Part shown: piece after piece, positions 23,992-31,611 of the stretch | How the letters are laid out: each line of letters opens with the position of its first letter | Numbering within the stretch: the stretch's first letter is position 1 | Origin: a virus | Taxonomy: Duplodnaviria; Caudoviricetes | Direction: 5' to 3' (one strand) | DNA: 31,611 nt | IMG/VR virus record: IMGVR_UViG_3300033076_000135 | Span: 1 to 31,611 of that record | Notes under the pieces: model-generated | The model's database searches: none | The model's input: the letters and a program-made list of their open reading frames with translations, nothing else | What the model was told of the DNA's origin: nothing | Program-made: the position numbers and the translations under genes

Positions 23992-25062
23992 TTACCTTGT
24001 GTAAACCCCGATGTTTGGGGCAAAGTAGATGGGCGACTTGTCGCGTTCTTCGACCTCTGCGAGGGCCAAATACTTCTCAGCCTGCGCTTCGAGGTACTGG
24101 ATGCGGGTCATGTCCACTTGAGGCAGTTCAAGGCTCATCTGGTGGGCCAGCATCGACACCACGGCCATGTACCAGCGCTGCGGGATCTGCAATTCGTCCG
24201 TCAGAGCGCCCACATCCATGATCTGCTTGCTGTACCAGACGGTCATCTGGACAAATGGGTCACTCGGAGTGGGCCAGAGGTAGATTTCGGGGTTCGGAAC
24301 CGTCCGATTGAACCAAAATTGGTACGGCTGGTTGGCCGTGAAGTTCTTGTTGGGCAGGTTCGTGTAGTCGTCGCGGTTCAGGCGAGACATTGTGATCTCG
24401 CGGCTGTTGTTGCCGACATAGAACTCACGCAAAGCAAGGGTTGTGCCGCCAGAAGCACGAACTCGGTAGTATTGGACGCTCTGGCCGGGGTCAATGTCCG
24501 TCCAGATCCACACTTTATCGGTCACAGTGACCGTTCCGAGGTCGTTCAGGGTGTTCCAAGTGATGCCGTCGACGGAATATTCCAGCGTCAGCGTCCAAAC
24601 TGCGCTGCCACCGCCAGCAACATAAGGCATGAGGCCAATCGAGCCAGCATAAACCGGGTTGTCAGTCCCAAAATTGATCGAAATGTTGCCGTTGGCAGAG
24701 TTCTGGATGCAGTATGTGTCAATGTCATTGTCGCCAACAAGCGCAACAGTGCCCCCGGCGCTCGTTGAATAGCTGCCAGAGGGGCGATTCATCGTGCGAT
24801 ACAGGGCGTTCAGGACGTCATTCGACCCTGTTGGCAGTGCATAGATGTATTTGTCGGCCGTGAGGCCGATAACTTCCTTCTCAACGGCCCAATACTGGAT
24901 GCCGATGTTGATCAGGTTGGTCAAAATGAAGCCGAGGGACTCGCGGGCGCTCAAAAGCTGCTCGGAAGTCAGTTCTTCAGCCAGTTTTCCGCACCGACGT
25001 GCTCCGTGATCAATGAGGGTCTGAACGCTGTAGATCTTGCCGTAGGTGTCTGAGTAAGCCAT
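23992..25062 (-). CDS. adaptor/neck ring-like protein with an inserted discoidin (F5/8C)-like domain
   Basis: Adaptor-like 'IYLWPTP...IPQRWYMAVVSMLA'. Central 'LEYSVDGITWNTL...QYYRVRASGGTTLALREFY' resembles galactose-binding/discoidin folds. Confidence 0.6.
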   Translation of the reverse strand: MAYSDTYGKIYSVQTLIDHGARRCGKLAEELTSEQLLSARESLGFILTNLINIGIQYWAVEKEVIGLTADKYIYALPTGSNDVLNALYRTMNRPSGSYSTSAGGTVALVGDNDIDTYCIQNSANGNISINFGTDNPVYAGSIGLMPYVAGGGSAVWTLTLEYSVDGITWNTLNDLGTVTVTDKVWIWTDIDPGQSVQYYRVRASGGTTLALREFYVGNNSREITMSRLNRDDYTNLPNKNFTANQPYQFWFNRTVPNPEIYLWPTPSDPFVQMTVWYSKQIMDVGALTDELQIPQRWYMAVVSMLAHQMSLELPQVDMTRIQYLEAQAEKYLALAEVEERDKSPIYFAPNIGVYTR

Positions 25063-25071
25063 GGTGCTCCT

Positions 25072-25620
25072 TTACCAGTTTGGACAATTCCATCGCTTCA
25101 TCGAAGCCCTTGCCCGGCTGCCTTTTTCGCTCTTCTCGGCGACAGGCTCCATTCTCGCGCAGAAAGCATCCCTGCGGGGGCCTCCTTGGGGCTGTGGAGC
25201 CTTCAAATTCGATCCGGTTTCCCGGTTGTACTTCTCGCGGCCCTTGGCCGTCAGGCCAGCGCCACGCTCGACGGGCAGCTTCTCGCCACGGCCGACAGCC
25301 AGACTGGGGCCGCCCTTCGCCATCTTGGCCGTTTTCGCGGATTCCTTGAAGGCCTTGGCCGTTGGAGCGCCCTCGGAGCCGGGCTTGCGCATCTTCTCGC
25401 CAGAGCCTTCAGCAATGCGCTGGCGCTTGGCGTTGATGTTGGCGTACAGGCCGCCGCCATCAGCCATCTTATCGGGCAACTTGCCGTAAGCCTTCTTGCC
25501 CTTGTTGGACTGAGTGAACTCAGCAGCCACGTCAGGCCGAATGCCCACCTTCTTGGCGAACTTCGGGCTGTTCTCTGCGGCCTTCATCAGGCGGAACTGG
25601 GCTTGGCTTTTGGCAGGCAT
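25072..25620 (-). CDS. basic three-module internal virion protein
   Basis: Lys/Arg-rich. Modules MPAKSQAQFRLM..., GLYANINAKRQRI...KTAK and GAGLTAKGREKYNR...FCARM...RWNC are separated by MADGG and MAKGG. Confidence 0.7.
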   Translation of the reverse strand: MPAKSQAQFRLMKAAENSPKFAKKVGIRPDVAAEFTQSNKGKKAYGKLPDKMADGGGLYANINAKRQRIAEGSGEKMRKPGSEGAPTAKAFKESAKTAKMAKGGPSLAVGRGEKLPVERGAGLTAKGREKYNRETGSNLKAPQPQGGPRRDAFCARMEPVAEKSEKGSRARASMKRWNCPNW

Positions 25621-26381
25621 CAGGTGCTCCCGTCGTTTTTGATCAGGATGCCAGACAGGTTGGCGGTAACCGTGGATGTGATGTTGTCCGTGGTCGTCGC
25701 CGTGTCAAGCAGATCAGACCTCTCCGGCACGGCCAGAGGAGGCGTGTAGGGGTAGTGCTGGTAGCCGCCACTTGAGATGATCTTGGCTGCGGCGTACCGA
25801 ACCCCTGCCACGGCTGTGCTGAAGTTGATGGTCACCAGCTTGTTCTGGTTTGCAAGAGAGCAGTTCACGCTGCCGCCCAAGATGTAGAGCGTGTAACCCG
25901 CTGGAACGGTGTAGTTGCCGCACATCATGCTGTTGTCGCCAGCGGAGATAAACCCGTAGACGTTGGCCGGGACGCCAGAGGTCACAGTGCCGGTTCCGAA
26001 GTACAGATTGCCCACTGGGCTGTCTGTCAGAACCAGCATGTCATTCACGCGAAAGAACGACTTTGTGGATGTGACTGGGTTTTGCCCGTTCAGGGCAATC
26101 ACCTCGCTGATTTCGGCATAGTTGGCATCCAGACCGCTGATCAGAACTGACTGGGTCGTGTCCCCTGTCGAGCTACTCGACAAGGTCATTGTGGACGCAA
26201 CAGAGGGGAACGAGTAATTGGCCGCACGATTCCACACGGCATAGTTCTGAGCCGTTGTGATGGAAGTGGAGTACGCGCTACGAAAGATTGCGCGATGGCC
26301 TTGGATCTGGTTGCGGGAGACCTGCAACTCAAATGGCTCGTAAGCGCCCTGCCGTGTGATCGACGAGATGATCGTGCTCAT
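25620..26381 (-). CDS. putative virion structural protein (253 aa)
   Basis: Beta-rich, Ser/Thr-rich, translationally coupled on both sides. Confidence 0.6.
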   Translation of the reverse strand: MSTIISSITRQGAYEPFELQVSRNQIQGHRAIFRSAYSTSITTAQNYAVWNRAANYSFPSVASTMTLSSSSTGDTTQSVLISGLDANYAEISEVIALNGQNPVTSTKSFFRVNDMLVLTDSPVGNLYFGTGTVTSGVPANVYGFISAGDNSMMCGNYTVPAGYTLYILGGSVNCSLANQNKLVTINFSTAVAGVRYAAAKIISSGGYQHYPYTPPLAVPERSDLLDTATTTDNITSTVTANLSGILIKNDGST

Positions 26382-26686
26382 TACGCAATGCCCGCTTGGA
26401 TCACGTTCAGAGTGACTGTCCCTGAGCCAGAATTGACCAGCACTTTGATGGCGCTGATCGGGAAAGAGATGGAGCCGTCTTCGTTGCCCGTCTTGCTGGT
26501 GATGGTCACATCATCAAACCAAGTGGTCAGGCCAACAGCGGGATCGTCATAGCTGAACTGGATCGAGTAATTGACGGTGCCGGCGACAACAGCCGCAAAC
26601 CCAATGTTCACTGGGGTGACGTTCGTGTTGATCACGATGGCGTTGGATGAACCAGTTCCCGTCTTGGATACGGTTTGGACTTTCAT
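26381..26686 (-). CDS. small beta-rich virion protein (101 aa)
   Basis: GAGG RBS upstream, beta-sandwich-like sequence, head-module position. Confidence 0.6.
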   Translation of the reverse strand: MKVQTVSKTGTGSSNAIVINTNVTPVNIGFAAVVAGTVNYSIQFSYDDPAVGLTTWFDDVTITSKTGNEDGSISFPISAIKVLVNSGSGTVTLNVIQAGIA

Positions 26687-26700
26687 TTTTTATCCTCAAG

Positions 26701-26724
26701 AAAAGCGGGGGCCGAAGCCCCCAC
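26701..26724 (-). terminator. intrinsic terminator (UUCG hairpin)
   Basis: On the minus strand it reads GTGGGGGC-TTCG-GCCCCCGC-TTTT, directly after the stop at 26730. Confidence 0.75.
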
Positions 26725-26729
26725 TCAGG

Positions 26730-27800
26730 TCAGCACTTCACCGATCCACCACGCTTCTTGGCGGGTGCAACCGTCACAGACTTTTCAGTCTCGGTCACAC
26801 TGCCTTTTGGCGCAGAGCCAAAGCCCAACAGATCCTTCGCGCCACGGAAAATCTTCCCGGGGATGTCACGGATCGACTGAGCCATGTCCAAGTCTTCCTT
26901 GGACGGGCCAATGCTCTCTTTGTAAGCCTTGTCCATCGCCTTGCGGGCAGCAGGACTGTCGAAGTTGATGTCGCCACCCTTGGCATACTTCAGGTTCGTG
27001 TTGGCTTTCGCCTGACGAACGGCAGTAGCGTTCTCGGCCTTGAAGTTAGCTTGGAGCTTCTTCTCGGCTGGGGTTACGCTGCCACCTTTTTTGAAGGTGC
27101 CGGATTGACGGTCATTCGAAACAGGCTTGGAGGCAGGCTTCTTCGGATAGGCCACGGCGCGGCCGCTGTCGTTAACAGCACCCCCCGTGGCGTAGGCTTT
27201 TTTTGCGGAGCCGCCTTTCTTGTAGCCGCCCGCATTGCCCAGCTTCACGTCGCCAGTTGGTGCAGAGTTGGTGTCCACCTTCGCTGTGTCCATCTTGGTG
27301 TTGCGGTATGCGCCACCTTGACCTTCAGTGTTGATGATCCCGCTCTTGGCAATAGCGCCGCCCTTTTTGAAGCCGCCTTGGCCGTTCACCACGCCACCAG
27401 TGGCGTAATTACCGGGCTTTGCCGACTTAGCAACACCACCAGTGGCAAGGCCTTTGTGGCCTTTGCTGGCAGGCTTGGACTCGTGAGACTTCAGTTCTTT
27501 TTCAAGACCCGAGATCTTCTTCATCTCAGCTTTGTGTGTTGCTTTGGTTTCGCCGCCTTCCTTCATCATCGGACGACCAGCCATCGCAGCGCGACGGGCG
27601 GCCATTGTCGGTTTTGCAGGACGAGCAGCAGCGGGCATGCCGCCGCGAGGAGCGCCAATAGCGCCAGTGGGTCGTGTCGACGGGATGGCGGCCATCAAGG
27701 CACCACCGTCAGCCTTCTTCACTGCACCACCTTTTTTGAGCTTCAGTTCAACTGAAGGCTCGGTGGTCTGCATTTTGACCATAGGTTTGAATTGACCCAT
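26730..27800 (-). CDS. highly basic internal head protein with 11 [FYMLK]-[AK]-x-GG motifs
   Basis: K/A/G-rich, 356 aa. Motifs in order: LKKGG, KADGG, MKEGG, LATGG, YATGG, FKKGG, YKKGG, YATGG, FKKGG, YAKGG, KKRGG. AAGGAG RBS. Confidence 0.7.
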   Translation of the reverse strand: MGQFKPMVKMQTTEPSVELKLKKGGAVKKADGGALMAAIPSTRPTGAIGAPRGGMPAAARPAKPTMAARRAAMAGRPMMKEGGETKATHKAEMKKISGLEKELKSHESKPASKGHKGLATGGVAKSAKPGNYATGGVVNGQGGFKKGGAIAKSGIINTEGQGGAYRNTKMDTAKVDTNSAPTGDVKLGNAGGYKKGGSAKKAYATGGAVNDSGRAVAYPKKPASKPVSNDRQSGTFKKGGSVTPAEKKLQANFKAENATAVRQAKANTNLKYAKGGDINFDSPAARKAMDKAYKESIGPSKEDLDMAQSIRDIPGKIFRGAKDLLGFGSAPKGSVTETEKSVTVAPAKKRGGSVKC

Positions 27801-27811
27801 GATGATGCTCC

Positions 27812-28201
27812 TTATGCGAACGATTTATAAACAATCGTCACACGACCAGCGCCAGCAGTGGGTGCAGTGCTTGTGTAAGCGTAGGTCAGAGTGGCGTAAT
27901 CCACGTCCGAGGTTCCCACGTTTGCCCAAGCGCTATACACGCCAGTTGTAGCAACTGAAGCACGACCAGCAGCGGCAACACTTGTCGCAGCCACATAAGC
28001 GGCAGCGGAACCAGTTTTGCCAACGGTCACCAGATCAGTACCGGCCGCATCAAAAGCAGTCGTCACGTCGATGTTGATGTCGACGATCTGAGCGTTTGCT
28101 GGGATAGTACCAATGGTGACAGTGGTGCTTGTGTAATCGAAAGGTGCGGTGATTGCGGACAGGATGCCTGCCGCATTGGTCACGTTGTTGTTGTATGCCA
28201 T
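27812..28201 (-). CDS. putative capsid decoration/minor head protein (129 aa)
   Basis: Directly downstream of the MCP. Beta-rich 'TIPANAQIVDINIDVTTAFDA...GAGRVTIVY'. Strong RBS. Confidence 0.6.
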   Translation of the reverse strand: MAYNNNVTNAAGILSAITAPFDYTSTTVTIGTIPANAQIVDINIDVTTAFDAAGTDLVTVGKTGSAAAYVAATSVAAAGRASVATTGVYSAWANVGTSDVDYATLTYAYTSTAPTAGAGRVTIVYKSFA

Positions 28202-28221
28202 TGTCTTTTCTCCTTAATGGA

Positions 28222-28241
28222 GCAGGGGGCGAACCCCCTGC
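28222..28241 (-). promoter_or_regulatory. stable UUCG hairpin after the major capsid gene (no U-tract)
   Basis: On the minus strand it reads GCAGGGGG-TTCG-CCCCCTGC followed by TCCATTAAGGAG. It may be an mRNA stabiliser or a weak terminator. Confidence 0.6.
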
Positions 28242-28247
28242 GGTTGA

Positions 28248-29165
28248 TTAGACGCCAGCAGTACCGTACATCGCACGCCAGTCGGTGAAGCCAACGTCGT
28301 AACGCTCGGTCGCCTTGTAACGCATGGTGTCGGTTTCGAAGTCACCTTCCATGGTCTTCTCAAGACGGCGGCGCATCATCAGCTTCATGCCTTCGGGAGC
28401 GTCGGTCTGCACCCACCATGCGGTGGAACTGGTCAGACGCGACATCACAGCGGCACCCTCGTCCAGCAAGCCGATGGACTTGATGGGGTTGATGTCGTTG
28501 TTGGCGTTGCCAGAACGCAGAACGCTCTTCAGCAGCACTTCGGCTTGGAAGACGTTGCCGGGGGCGACCACCAGTTGGCGGGGCACCAGACGGATCTTCT
28601 TGCCGTTGTTGTCCACTGCCTGACGGATTTGGATCAGCATCTGCTCCAGAGAAGTCTGGGACAGGTTGGCTGCCGTAGCCAGCAGGTTCGAGGCAGTGCC
28701 GTTCACGATGGGGTGAGCGGAACTGTTCAGGGCAACACCGTCGCCACCAGCGTACTGGCCGCCAGTGAAGGCGTTGTTCAGCACGTTTGCAGCCAGAGTT
28801 TCCTTGGTCTCGATCAGGGACTGAGCGAGGTGACGGGCATACACCTGACCGATACGGATGTGATCGCCGTCTTCCACCAGCACTTTGGTCAGCGCGAAGG
28901 CCAGACCATACACGTTGTAAACGTAGCGCTTGAGGAACAGCACACCACCTTGTTGGTACGTCACCGGAGTGCCGTCAGGCATCTGGGGAGCAGCACCGAA
29001 ACCGTACAGGACGGGTTCTTCATGGTAGTTGCGTGGGATGCCTTCTTGTTCGCGGAAAACACGCGACCATTCATCGGCACGTTGATCGTACACGCCGTCG
29101 AAGCACTCGTTCAGAATGGGTTCGACGATGGAACGAAAGTCGGTACTGCGCATTGGAGCGGCCAT
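28248..29165 (-). CDS. major capsid protein (Mu gpT-like, HK97 fold)
   Basis: 305 aa with 'GGDGVALNSSAHP', 'PRQLVVAP' and 'GDFETDTMRYKATERYDVGFTDWRAMYG'. Strong RBS, biased codon use, downstream of the scaffold. Confidence 0.85.
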   Translation of the reverse strand: MAAPMRSTDFRSIVEPILNECFDGVYDQRADEWSRVFREQEGIPRNYHEEPVLYGFGAAPQMPDGTPVTYQQGGVLFLKRYVYNVYGLAFALTKVLVEDGDHIRIGQVYARHLAQSLIETKETLAANVLNNAFTGGQYAGGDGVALNSSAHPIVNGTASNLLATAANLSQTSLEQMLIQIRQAVDNNGKKIRLVPRQLVVAPGNVFQAEVLLKSVLRSGNANNDINPIKSIGLLDEGAAVMSRLTSSTAWWVQTDAPEGMKLMMRRRLEKTMEGDFETDTMRYKATERYDVGFTDWRAMYGTAGV

Positions 29166-29179
29166 GGTTCACTCCCTCC

Positions 29180-29755
29180 TTAGATAGCTGTGCCAGCGGC
29201 ACCGGCGAATTGGAACTCGCTGATGGTCGCACGGACGATGGTGTAAGAATCGCCCCAGTCGTTGCCGGGGTACGGAGCCAGATCGACGATGCGCATCTGA
29301 GCGGAGTTACCTGCGCCCACCAGAGTGGTCGACAGAGTAGCTTGCGACAAGCCAGTGGTTGTGGAACCAGCGGTTGTGTTGCTCAGGTCAGCTTCGTCAC
29401 CGATGCTGGTTTGGGCCAGAGAGCCGTCAGCCTGAATTTCGTACACGATGTTGGGATCAGCGTAGAAATAGGCAACGCACGAACCGGTCTGGTATGCAGT
29501 GGATGCAGGCCAGTTGTTCGAGACGTGACGACGACCAGTGGTATCAGTCCACTCCACACCTGCGAATGCGCCAACGAAGGCGTCACCAGCAGCAGCGGGT
29601 TGAATAGTACCGCCAGTGACGTATTTCACTGGTTGGCCCTTGAGGATTGCCGAGCCGTAGCCCGAGGCGATACCGCCAGCCAGCGCCTGAGCGCGATCCA
29701 AACCGGAGGGGTGGAACGCAGGGCGCAGACCGAACGGAGCGTTTGTTGCAGACAT
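29180..29755 (-). CDS. putative capsid cement/decoration protein (191 aa)
   Basis: 'APFGLRP...ILKGQPV...GAFAGVEW...DPNIVYEIQAD'. Lies immediately upstream of the MCP. Confidence 0.6.
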   Translation of the reverse strand: MSATNAPFGLRPAFHPSGLDRAQALAGGIASGYGSAILKGQPVKYVTGGTIQPAAAGDAFVGAFAGVEWTDTTGRRHVSNNWPASTAYQTGSCVAYFYADPNIVYEIQADGSLAQTSIGDEADLSNTTAGSTTTGLSQATLSTTLVGAGNSAQMRIVDLAPYPGNDWGDSYTIVRATISEFQFAGAAGTAI

Positions 29756-29773
29756 AGTCTTGCTCCTTAAAAG

Positions 29774-30319
29774 TTAGCCCTCGAAAACGGGGGCACGGTT
29801 GGTTTGCTGTTGATCGAACCTGTCCATCCCTGCTTCCAACTGCACGAGGCGGCGACCAGAACTGTCCTTCGCACCTTGAAGGCTTTCCACTTGGGAGCGA
29901 ATACGCTCTTCTTCCTCGCGGGGAGCTTCATAGTGCATCTGCGTCATGACCTCTTGGTAGATGTCCATCGGCAGTTTGAAGAGCAGCATCTCGTTGCATG
30001 CTACATGCCCAACGTGTTCGCCAGCCTTGACACGATAATTTTCGAAGCCCGGTATCTCATCCGCCGTCACGGGTACATAGCCGAGTCGCATTCTCTTGTC
30101 GATGGTGTCGTATGCGTTGGTTGTCGAAAGCCAGCACAAGTGCCATCCCGGGATTTCGGGAACCTTGGGCAGGGCCGATTGCGTCCACTCATCGCTCCAC
30201 ATCTTGCGACGTTCCTGCGAACTCATGAACTTGTCTTCGGGGGGTCGACGGCTTGCGTCCTCGCTTGCGCGATCATTGCGGCCACCGGCCTGAAGAGATT
30301 TTTTGAGACGTGAATCCAT
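29774..30319 (-). CDS. head-module hypothetical protein (181 aa)
   Basis: Lies between the scaffold and capsid genes, with its own RBS. Contains 'PGWHLCWLS...RLGYVPV...MLLFKLP'. Confidence 0.7.
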   Translation of the reverse strand: MDSRLKKSLQAGGRNDRASEDASRRPPEDKFMSSQERRKMWSDEWTQSALPKVPEIPGWHLCWLSTTNAYDTIDKRMRLGYVPVTADEIPGFENYRVKAGEHVGHVACNEMLLFKLPMDIYQEVMTQMHYEAPREEEERIRSQVESLQGAKDSSGRRLVQLEAGMDRFDQQQTNRAPVFEG

Positions 30320-30331
30320 GTTTGACTCCTG

Positions 30332-31321
30332 TTAGCGTTGAGCTTGACGCGCTTCTTGCGCATAGCGTTTGATCATCTTGTTGCGTTTTTCTGGGTCATC
30401 CCAGAAACCAGCATCCTTCATCGCTCGAACTTGTTCGGGCGACAAAGTGAAGGAGTTTTTACCTCCTGCTCTTGATGCTGATTCACGTCCAGATGAAGTC
30501 ACGATACCTCTCGGCTTACTCCGTCGACTTGGATTCTCGTCGGTGTTTGCATTGTATAGATGGGGGACGTACTTTTGCAAGCGGTTGTCAAACTCTTCCC
30601 AGTAATCGGGGCGAGTGGCATCCCAGCCCTCGGCCGTCAGGGTTTCGTCGATCTGCTTGGCAATACGGCTCTCCATGTCACTGCCGTTTGGCTTGTACCA
30701 TGGGTTGCGATCCATCCAGTCGGCTGCCAGACGTTGCAGGCGCGGGTCTGGCAGGTTCTGCTCCTGCTTGGGCTGAACGGCATTCTTCTTCAGGTTGCGC
30801 AGAGCTTCGGCCTGTTGGCGGGCCTCCATCCACATCTCCTGAGCCTTCGCCATGGCTTGGCCGTCACGAGACTCAGCGGCCTCGGACAGTTTCATCTTGG
30901 CGTAGTTGATGCGCAGTTCAGAGTCCTCGATGGCCTTGTCGATGCGGGCAAGGTCAGCAGAGTGCGTCTTGCGCTCGACAACGGACAGTCGTTGCAGGAG
31001 TTCTTGATTCTGGCGTTCAAGCAATTGCAGCTTGATCTCTTTTTCGGCATTGGTCTGCTTGACCAACTGCTTCTTGGCACGGCGGCGCTCACGCTTGGCG
31101 GCACGGAGGGCGTCCGAGTCGTCAGGGTGGTCGTCATCGCCTGCGTCACCGCCTGCGGCCATCTCTGGCTCGTCGCGGTCATCATCCTCGTCGTCGTGCT
31201 GGCCTTTGGCAGCAGCGTCAGCGTCAGGGCTGGGGATGCTTTCTGGAAGGTCGACAACGGCCGAGCCGTCCATCTCTTCCTTGACGTCAATCACGTCGTC
31301 TTGTGCGTTTTCTGTACTCAT
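30332..31321 (-). CDS. putative capsid scaffolding protein (329 aa)
   Basis: Acidic disordered N-terminus, long coiled coil, 'WMDRNPWY', and a short helical C-terminal motif (TLSPEQVRAMKDAG...YA). Upstream of the capsid genes. Confidence 0.7.
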   Translation of the reverse strand: MSTENAQDDVIDVKEEMDGSAVVDLPESIPSPDADAAAKGQHDDEDDDRDEPEMAAGGDAGDDDHPDDSDALRAAKRERRRAKKQLVKQTNAEKEIKLQLLERQNQELLQRLSVVERKTHSADLARIDKAIEDSELRINYAKMKLSEAAESRDGQAMAKAQEMWMEARQQAEALRNLKKNAVQPKQEQNLPDPRLQRLAADWMDRNPWYKPNGSDMESRIAKQIDETLTAEGWDATRPDYWEEFDNRLQKYVPHLYNANTDENPSRRSKPRGIVTSSGRESASRAGGKNSFTLSPEQVRAMKDAGFWDDPEKRNKMIKRYAQEARQAQR

Positions 31322-31329
31322 GTTTCACC

Positions 31330-31611
31330 TCAGATGAAAGAACGCATTTCCAAAGGACTGCACGTCACTTTGGCAATGATCTCGTGGTCATTCAGGATCA
31401 TGAACAGCGCTGGGTCTTCGAGGTCGTCCTCGCCCGGCACTTTCACTTCCCAGCGGTCACCGCCCCACTTCGGGACACGGATGTAGTCGCCAACAGAGCA
31501 CCAAGAGCCTTCCGGCCAGCCTTGCATGGTGTCTCGGTTTTTGAATGCGAGAGGGCCAATCTCGATGACTTTCGCCACCATGTTGTTCCACTTCTCTGTC
31601 TCCTTGGTCTC
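31330..31611 (-). CDS. groES: GroES/Cpn10-like co-chaperonin, 5'-truncated
   Basis: The frame is open to the window end (ETKETEKWNNMVAKVIEIGPLAF...WCSVGDYIRVPKWGG...ILNDHEIIAKV) and matches the Cpn10 pattern V..VG...VGD.V....G...L...I.A.V. Confidence 0.75.
   Translation of the reverse strand, partial: ETKETEKWNNMVAKVIEIGPLAFKNRDTMQGWPEGSWCSVGDYIRVPKWGGDRWEVKVPGEDDLEDPALFMILNDHEIIAKVTCSPLEMRSFI

Noticed and set aside
1-31611. tRNA/rRNA genes, integrase, att sites, terminase, portal
   Set aside because: None was recognised. Intergenic gaps are too short for RNA genes, and terminase and portal probably lie beyond the right edge. Lifestyle and host cannot be determined from this window.

Overview
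The window is a 31.6 kb piece of a tailed dsDNA phage (or prophage) genome, probably podovirus-like. It has two convergent blocks that meet at an intrinsic terminator near 2.24 kb. The + strand block (1-2236) is the end of an accessory operon: an SPFH/band-7 protein, an N4 gp49/Sf6 gp66 (Acb4-like) protein, a DUF2829 (Tad2-like) fusion and three small ORFs. The - strand block (31611 down to 2286) is a near-complete virion operon. It runs GroES-like co-chaperonin, scaffold, head genes with a Mu gpT-like major capsid protein, basic internal proteins, an adaptor-like protein, tail fibres and chaperone, an embedded lysis cassette, a second adaptor-like protein, a gp10-like nozzle and four probable ejection proteins. 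The most striking observation is that the Acb4-like protein carries a 31-residue segment that is 18/31 identical, without gaps, to the C-terminus of this phage's own scaffold protein, followed by a basic tail. This suggests an anti-defence sponge addressed to the procapsid. A second system is a shared [FYML/K]-[AK]-x-G-G motif that punctuates several internal head proteins, a candidate processing or packaging signal. All family assignments come from recalled motifs; no database searches were run.
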